A stretch of 64,000 bases of DNA from a virus, in the IMG/VR virus record IMGVR_UViG_3300025030_000062, positions 30,900 through 94,899 of that record. One strand, written 5' to 3'. The notes beneath the pieces were generated by a model. It did not search any database, had not been told where the DNA came from, and was given only the letters and a program-made list of their open reading frames with translations. Shown here in pieces: positions 58,756 through 64,000 of this stretch. Numbering within the stretch: the first letter of the stretch is position 1; every line of letters begins with the position of its first letter. Position numbers and translations under genes: made by a program.

Positions 58756-61700
58756 CTGTTTATCTCCTATCGGTTAAGGGTAAGGTAAGGCTAGCCGTGT
58801 TACTTGCCATTGTAGGGCATTCTAGGGCGTCAAATATCGGCTAATTTGCCGTGTCCAGCTGGATAATCCCGGTTATCGGCTGTGAACGGCTAAAACTGTC
58901 ACCTTTGCGTATCTGATAAGCTTCGTATATCGGACGCCTTACACCGTTAAAGCTAATAGCGTCTCGTTTCATCGTTTTAAGGTTATTCCTACCGTCAAGA
59001 ATAACTATTGCTCTATCTCCTAAAGCTTCAGCCAATTTGCCGGATAAATCTTTGTTGTAGTATTGAACGTATACCATGGCAAGCTCCTTTCTTATTGTGA
59101 GAAACAGTTACAAGCAAAATGCTATAACTGAAACAAGATAACTAACGCCGATAGTTAAAGCTAATGCTATGCCGGTTAATGCTATATCGGTTATTGTTTC
59201 AATGCTCATTGGCTAGGCTCCTTTACATTCTCAAATTCAATTCCGCTTTCTAATCGCATTCCCCTTTTAGTTAACTTGTGAAGATTGACAATTTTAAGCA
59301 TATACTCAAAATTATGACCGCTTCCGGCTCCATAAGAGCCAATCCAACTATAGCAAACTTTACCATTACTCGTTATGTATTGCTTTATTCTCATTGCTTC
59401 AATTCCGCTTTTAGTTACGTAGACTGATATAACTTGCATACTATCTCCTTTCACACGTTTTGTTGACACTTCACATTAGCTTTACTATGAGTTGCAAAGC
59501 TAATGTATAGGAGCAACTAAACAAAAGCTTACGATATAGTTATTTTATATGCCGCTTTATTATAGCGCCGTTTTGCCTCTTTTTTGGTAAGTGTAAGCGG
59601 ATAACTATCTAAATTCATCCATCCAAAATAATCACCAATAGCACGCCATGCAAATGCACGTTCTACCGGATCAGATGATACAAATTGATTAAGCAAGTCT
59701 AAGCTATCCGTTCCGATAAATGATGCTACACTTTCAAGTTTATCGGCAAACCATACAGGTAATTCAGGATGAAATTTGTTATCGGAAAGAATGCCGTTTT
59801 TAAAGGTGCAATCCTCTAAAATAGCGCGGTAAACTTCGCGCGTATCCGCTTCAAATAGTTCCATTTCCGGCGGATACGCGCCAGTAGTATCAACAAAAAT
59901 CCATAATCCGCCATACTCTAAAGGTGTAGCATCTCCAATTTGTGCTATGCATTTCCATATTGGTTGACTCATTGCTGTATCTCCTTTATAGTTAAATGTT
60001 ATGAACCAGATTAAACCCTAGCATCCTAGAATATTTGACAAGGTTGTAAAGCTTTCTGAAATGCAAGCTGATGCCGTTAACTGTTAAGTTGTATCCATTG
60101 TTTGTTTTGCTGATTTGAGCTTGCATGGTAGAACCTCCTTTTATCTCAGTTAAAATCTATTTGCCTAATCACCTTGTAAACGTTGCGTTTCTTTTTCTTA
60201 TCGAATTCAACAAACTGAGACAGTAAAGCATATTCGGTATGCAAACCTTTATTGTCTCTTCTAGCCTTATAAATTCGCATTAGGCGCAAAGCATTTCTTT
60301 CGCTGTTAACTGTGCTACCTGCTACATGGTTTTTATGGCAGATAAGATCGATACTATACTCGTTATAGCGGTTAATACCTTTCCATTTCATAATCCAGCT
60401 CCTTATTGTTATCCCCACAATTACAGCGACAGTAAAGCCAAGTTTCCGCTATTGATCGAAACGTTTTCAACGTTGCCAAAGATACTAGAGTAAATCACGG
60501 AAACGTCGTCAAGGTCTAAGCCGGTTACTTCAGCGATTAAGATATACATTTCGTCTTTGGTATACATGACATTTCTCCTTTATTTACCATTCTCAATATC
60601 TTCAGCCAGCAAACCATTTAGCAATTCCGATATCTCGTTAGAATATGCGCCAGAAACGCAAAATATAGCCTCATTGTAGGCACTCAAACAGCCGATGTGA
60701 TACTCTCTCTCAATGTTTGCATTTGCCCGGCTAAAAGCCATTTTTGCGCTTTCTGTGAGTAATTGGAGTTGCTGTTTTTTGGATAGTTTCATTTGTTTAG
60801 GCTCCTATCTCGATAGATTTAACTTCCCATTTCAGGATAGCTAAATCTTGACGCAAGTTGTTAGTAGTTAACGTTTCAAATACTTCAAACTTGTATTCGC
60901 GGTCAAATTTATCTTTGCTTGTCTGGAGTCTGGTTATTCTGTAAGTTGTTTTCATTTGTCTACACTCCTTCACTAGCAACAGGGAAATGGATAGCTTCAC
61001 CTTCAAGATTACAAGGTGTATAGGTACTGTTAGCTTCACCGAAATTAACAAGAGTTATACCGTCACAGTCAACAATGTAGTACCAGTAAGGATTAATCAT
61101 TATTTCATTCTCCCAATTACCACAACGGAAACAAACATTAGTAACGGTATGAAATGTGCGAAGTTATCGAATAGCATTTTGTTAGGCTCCTTAAGATGCA
61201 AACATGTAAACAGAATGCGGATCAATGCAAGCTAACATTTCACCGTCAAGAAGTATCTTTGCAAACTTGCGCAGTCCAGCGTTTTCTTTATACAGGGAAT
61301 ATGAAAAGAATACCTTTGCGCCGTAATTGCTAATTTCAGCGAATTCATTAACTCGTTTAACATTCCAAAAACCAGTGATAACGGTATCAGTTAATCCTAT
61401 GTTTCCGAAAGATTCAAACATATCAAGCTCCTTCACTCGGTTATTTACTACACTCTATCGCTAGCACTAAACAGGTTAATGCTAGCTAAGATAGGAGTAA
61501 ATAATTATCTCTTGCAATAAACTTTATTAGAAGCTTCTACTGCAAACAATTCGCCGTCAATATCGCTTTCAGTAGCTACACGAATAGCATTAGCACGAAG
61601 CATTTTTAAGAATTCGTGAGAAGTTAACATTTTCATAATTTCACCTTTATCCTTATCATGAATTTAGCAGATGATTCCTTTTAGCATAGGTCAATACCAT

Positions 61701-61835
61701 TGTCCAGCATATATTTTAAAATTATTTCTATCAAGCTTTGCTGTTCAAAACTTGCACAATTCCAGGCAAGCTCATTTGATCCGCTAACGGCTCCTTCACA
61801 GCTTCAGCAAAGCTCCTTCACTCTATGTAATCGCG

Positions 61836-61854
61836 TAGCAATCACAATGCCAAA
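61836..61854 (-). promoter_or_regulatory. Sigma-54 (RpoN) -24/-12 promoter
   Basis: Minus strand TTTGGCATTGTGATTGCTA = TGGCA-N6-TTGC with exact GG-N10-GC spacing, pointing into the early array. Confidence 0.55.
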
Positions 61855-61970
61855 TAACAGCCTTTACCGTAAACTTTCTTCATTTCTCTAACAATTCTCC
61901 TTATTGGCTGATTAAAGCCGTTTTAGCTCCCATTTTAGCCAATCTTCCGTTTTAAGGTACCTAAAATCAG

Positions 61971-62045
61971 TTATCCACAACTTTATCCACAACTTCAAAT
62001 TTCAGCCTTATTTCAATAGTTTAGTTAACTTTTGCTTGTTGATAA
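61971..62045. promoter_or_regulatory. DnaA-box cluster with an IHF-like site
   Basis: TTATCCACA at 61971 and 61983; TTTCAATAGTTTA (62011-23) near WATCAA-N4-TTR; inverted one-mismatch box TGTTGATAA at 62037. Confidence 0.7.
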
Positions 62046-62173
62046 CTCACTTCAGGATATTGCCTTAATACCGTGATAAGCATTAAACCCCATAACCGAT
62101 TTAAACAGCATCCTTGCTCGTTTAAAGCTATAATGCAATCTTTCATATGTCTATCATTTCAGCCAATAACGGT

Positions 62174-62220
62174 ATACTAGATATAGTGGTTCATTTGATC
62201 TATACCGCTATATCTAGGCG
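62174..62220. promoter_or_regulatory. Tandem NrdR boxes
   Basis: ATACTAGATATAGTGG (62174-89) and CCGCTATATCTAGGCG (62205-20) fit the 16-bp NrdR consensus with 31-bp start-to-start spacing. Confidence 0.7.
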
Positions 62221-62620
62221 TTACATTTTGGAACAATTTAGGCTCGTTTCCGGCCAATGTTTCCATAGTGCAAAGGTAAGGTTTAATTCTATACCAGTTT
62301 GATAGAGTTTGATTGTTCATTGCTTTGATAGGGAATTGTTTAACGGTAACTGACTAGACAACTCCATTAACCGTTAGTTCATTTGTTTACTTGATTATTG
62401 AATTTGATATATGCGGAAAGTTGAATGTATCCAGGCAAATTAGGATCGGCGTTAGCTCCTCTCGATCCTGTTCAGCTGTTGACGAATTGCCCACAATTGG
62501 AGCGTGCACCGTCTCGTTTCTAGCTATGTCTATTTGTGGGCAATGCTAGCGTATAGGGTAAGGGATTAGGACCGGCTGTAAGGCCATTTAGGACGCTGAT
62601 TATCGATGTTATAGACGCGA

Positions 62621-62652
62621 CAAAGGCCACTCTAACTGCTAGTGGCCTTTTG
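62621..62652 (-). terminator. Intrinsic terminator
   Basis: AAAGGCCACT-9 nt-AGTGGCCTTT downstream of ORF 62676..63059. Confidence 0.75.
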
Positions 62653-62675
62653 GCTGTATCTGGTATCGGTGAAGG

Positions 62676-63059
62676 TTAGTTTATACTTGCTTGATAGTAA
62701 TAACCAGAACCTTTCTTTTCATCGTAAAATGTGAATTCGCATATCTCGTTAAACATTGTACCGTCAAAGTTTAGAATGTAAGTCTGATAATCAAGCGGTT
62801 TACATTTGGAAATTTCACTCTTTGCGCCGTCCATTTCACATTCTGATTCTATAGCGCGTCCATGATTATATTCAAAGTCAACAAAGCTTTTAATGCCGTT
62901 TTTCTTGCTAACACTTATGTTATAAATGCTCGTTGGATTTTCAAAGGATTCACGTTCAATATCAAAGCTAAAACCTTTCGCTTCACATGCCGCTTTGACG
63001 TAGGAAAAGAACTGAGCCAAGCTAACATTGTTTCTCGTAATTTCTATTTCAGCTTTCAT
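62676..63059 (-). CDS. Stand-alone hypothetical early protein
   Basis: ATG after AAGGAG; has its own promoter and terminator. Confidence 0.65.
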   Translation of the reverse strand: MKAEIEITRNNVSLAQFFSYVKAACEAKGFSFDIERESFENPTSIYNISVSKKNGIKSFVDFEYNHGRAIESECEMDGAKSEISKCKPLDYQTYILNFDGTMFNEICEFTFYDEKKGSGYYYQASIN

Positions 63060-63100
63060 ATTAGCTCCTTTTAACATATTAAATTAACCTTTCGCCGTAA

Positions 63101-63128
63101 CTTATATCATTTCAATGACGCTTGTCAA
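63101..63128 (-). promoter_or_regulatory. Strong sigma-70-type promoter
   Basis: Minus strand TTGACA-16-TATAAG with TG extension. Confidence 0.65.
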
Positions 63129-63149
63129 TCGTTAAAGTTTCATTTCTCG

Positions 63150-63955
63150 CATTACTCGTTACACGTCTTGTTGCCTCATTCCGTTGCTCGTTGCCGGTCA
63201 TCCGCTTGCCGGTCATCCGCTTGCCGTCTCCTATCCCTCATACGGTCATGTGCTCCATTGCCGTCTAGCACGTCTCCTTTGCCGGTCCATACCGTTAGCT
63301 TGCCATGCTCCTTTACGCCGTCTCTAGGTCATCCTAGAGGCTCGTTTATCGCTTCTCTTGCCGTGTCTCGATAGATCGACCGTTCGGCCAGCTGGTAAGG
63401 CTCCTTTGATCCAGGCTAACACCTTGTTGCCATTCATTGGCTCATTACACTCCTTCACCTGATACCACTACCAAGCTCGTTAGCGCAATCATGCAAGCAA
63501 TCATGCTTATAGGCTCGTTGTCCAGCTCGTTGTGCTACTCCATAAGCTAATCCCATTGTCCAGCTCGTTAGTCAATACCGTCTCGTTGCCGTTCATACTC
63601 TCATTTCCCCACAATACAGCCGTTCCATACTTTGATCCGTCAACAGCTTGCCGTCTCACTCTTGCTTGTTGCTTCGATTAACTCATTACTTCAGCCGGTC
63701 TACTCCTTCAACTCAACAGCTCCATTGTCTTGTCTACTTCCATTACTTCGCCCATTACTCAATCCATTACTCATTGTTTATTACATCCAATAACACGCCG
63801 TAACTCTTTAATATCGTTCATGTTTTGCTACCGTTAAGTATCTTGTTATCAGATTGTCTCTACTCACTGAGTAACCTGGAGCACTCGAAATTTCCTAGTC
63901 ATTCCGCATACTTAGGGAAACTGAGTACCTGGTCTACTCACTACTGAGTAACCGT
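63150..63955 (+). repeat. Non-coding pyrimidine-skewed region of short co-oriented repeats
   Basis: TTGCCG x8, GCTCGTT x6, CCATTACT x3, tandem TTGCCGGTCATCCGC, and TACTCA/TGAGTA repeats. Confidence 0.75.
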
Positions 63956-64000
63956 ACCACTCCCCCGTCGAAAAACCTTTGGAGTTCTCGCTAGTTAGAC

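Larger units (their letters stand above)
48612..61636 (-). other. Early-gene array: about 40 short co-oriented ORFs, nearly all with strong AAGGAG RBS
   Basis: Dense minus-strand 45-200 aa ORFs of unknown function separated by conserved intergenic elements. Confidence 0.8.

Noticed and set aside
62188-62206. Geobacter-type LexA box (GGTT...ACC)
   Set aside because: Spacing is one base off the recalled consensus and inner positions mismatch; better explained as flanks of the NrdR boxes
63168-63374. 68-aa ORF on the + strand
   Set aside because: No RBS; product of low-complexity repeats
1-64000. Genome-wide stop-codon reassignment
   Set aside because: Large genes are intact in the standard code and use TAA, TGA and TAG as stops; only one convincing internal TGA

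Overview
A 64-kb stretch of a tailed dsDNA phage genome (siphovirus-type; no integrase, RNA polymerase, ribonucleotide reductase, tRNA or CRISPR array seen in this window). Layout: (1) 1-17.35 kb, + strand tail module: tape measure, distal tail and tail-tip proteins, two beta-helix tailspikes and Gln-rich virion proteins interrupted by a GC-richer 2.8-kb insert. (2) 17.4-41.3 kb, - strand replication/recombination module: family-B DNA polymerase, beta-clamp-like protein, SF2 helicase, Cas4-like exonuclease, SSB, AAA_24 ATPase, ATP-dependent ligase, ThyX, MazG, macrodomain, acyl carrier protein, HNH endonucleases. (3) 41.5-47.75 kb, + strand: HTH, metallophosphoesterase, DNA methyltransferase, primase-helicase. 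(4) 47.8-61.6 kb, - strand array of about 40 small early genes. (5) 61.6-64 kb, mostly non-coding control/terminal region. Several proteins look Geobacteraceae-like from recall, so a Desulfuromonadia host is inferred but not verified. The most striking signals lie outside normal gene calls: paired CTTAACTG boxes 19-21 bp apart at early-gene junctions, usually containing the stop codon; a gene-free block with tandem NrdR boxes, DnaA boxes, an IHF-like site and a sigma-54 promoter (possible host-regulator decoy locus); a dispersed over-represented 10-mer TTGCCCACAA; a shared terminal peptide F-x-I-[EQ]-D-[IV]-[PA]-V on four unrelated proteins; and a family of bulged intergenic hairpins. All motif counts are manual and all family assignments are by motif recall; no searches were run.
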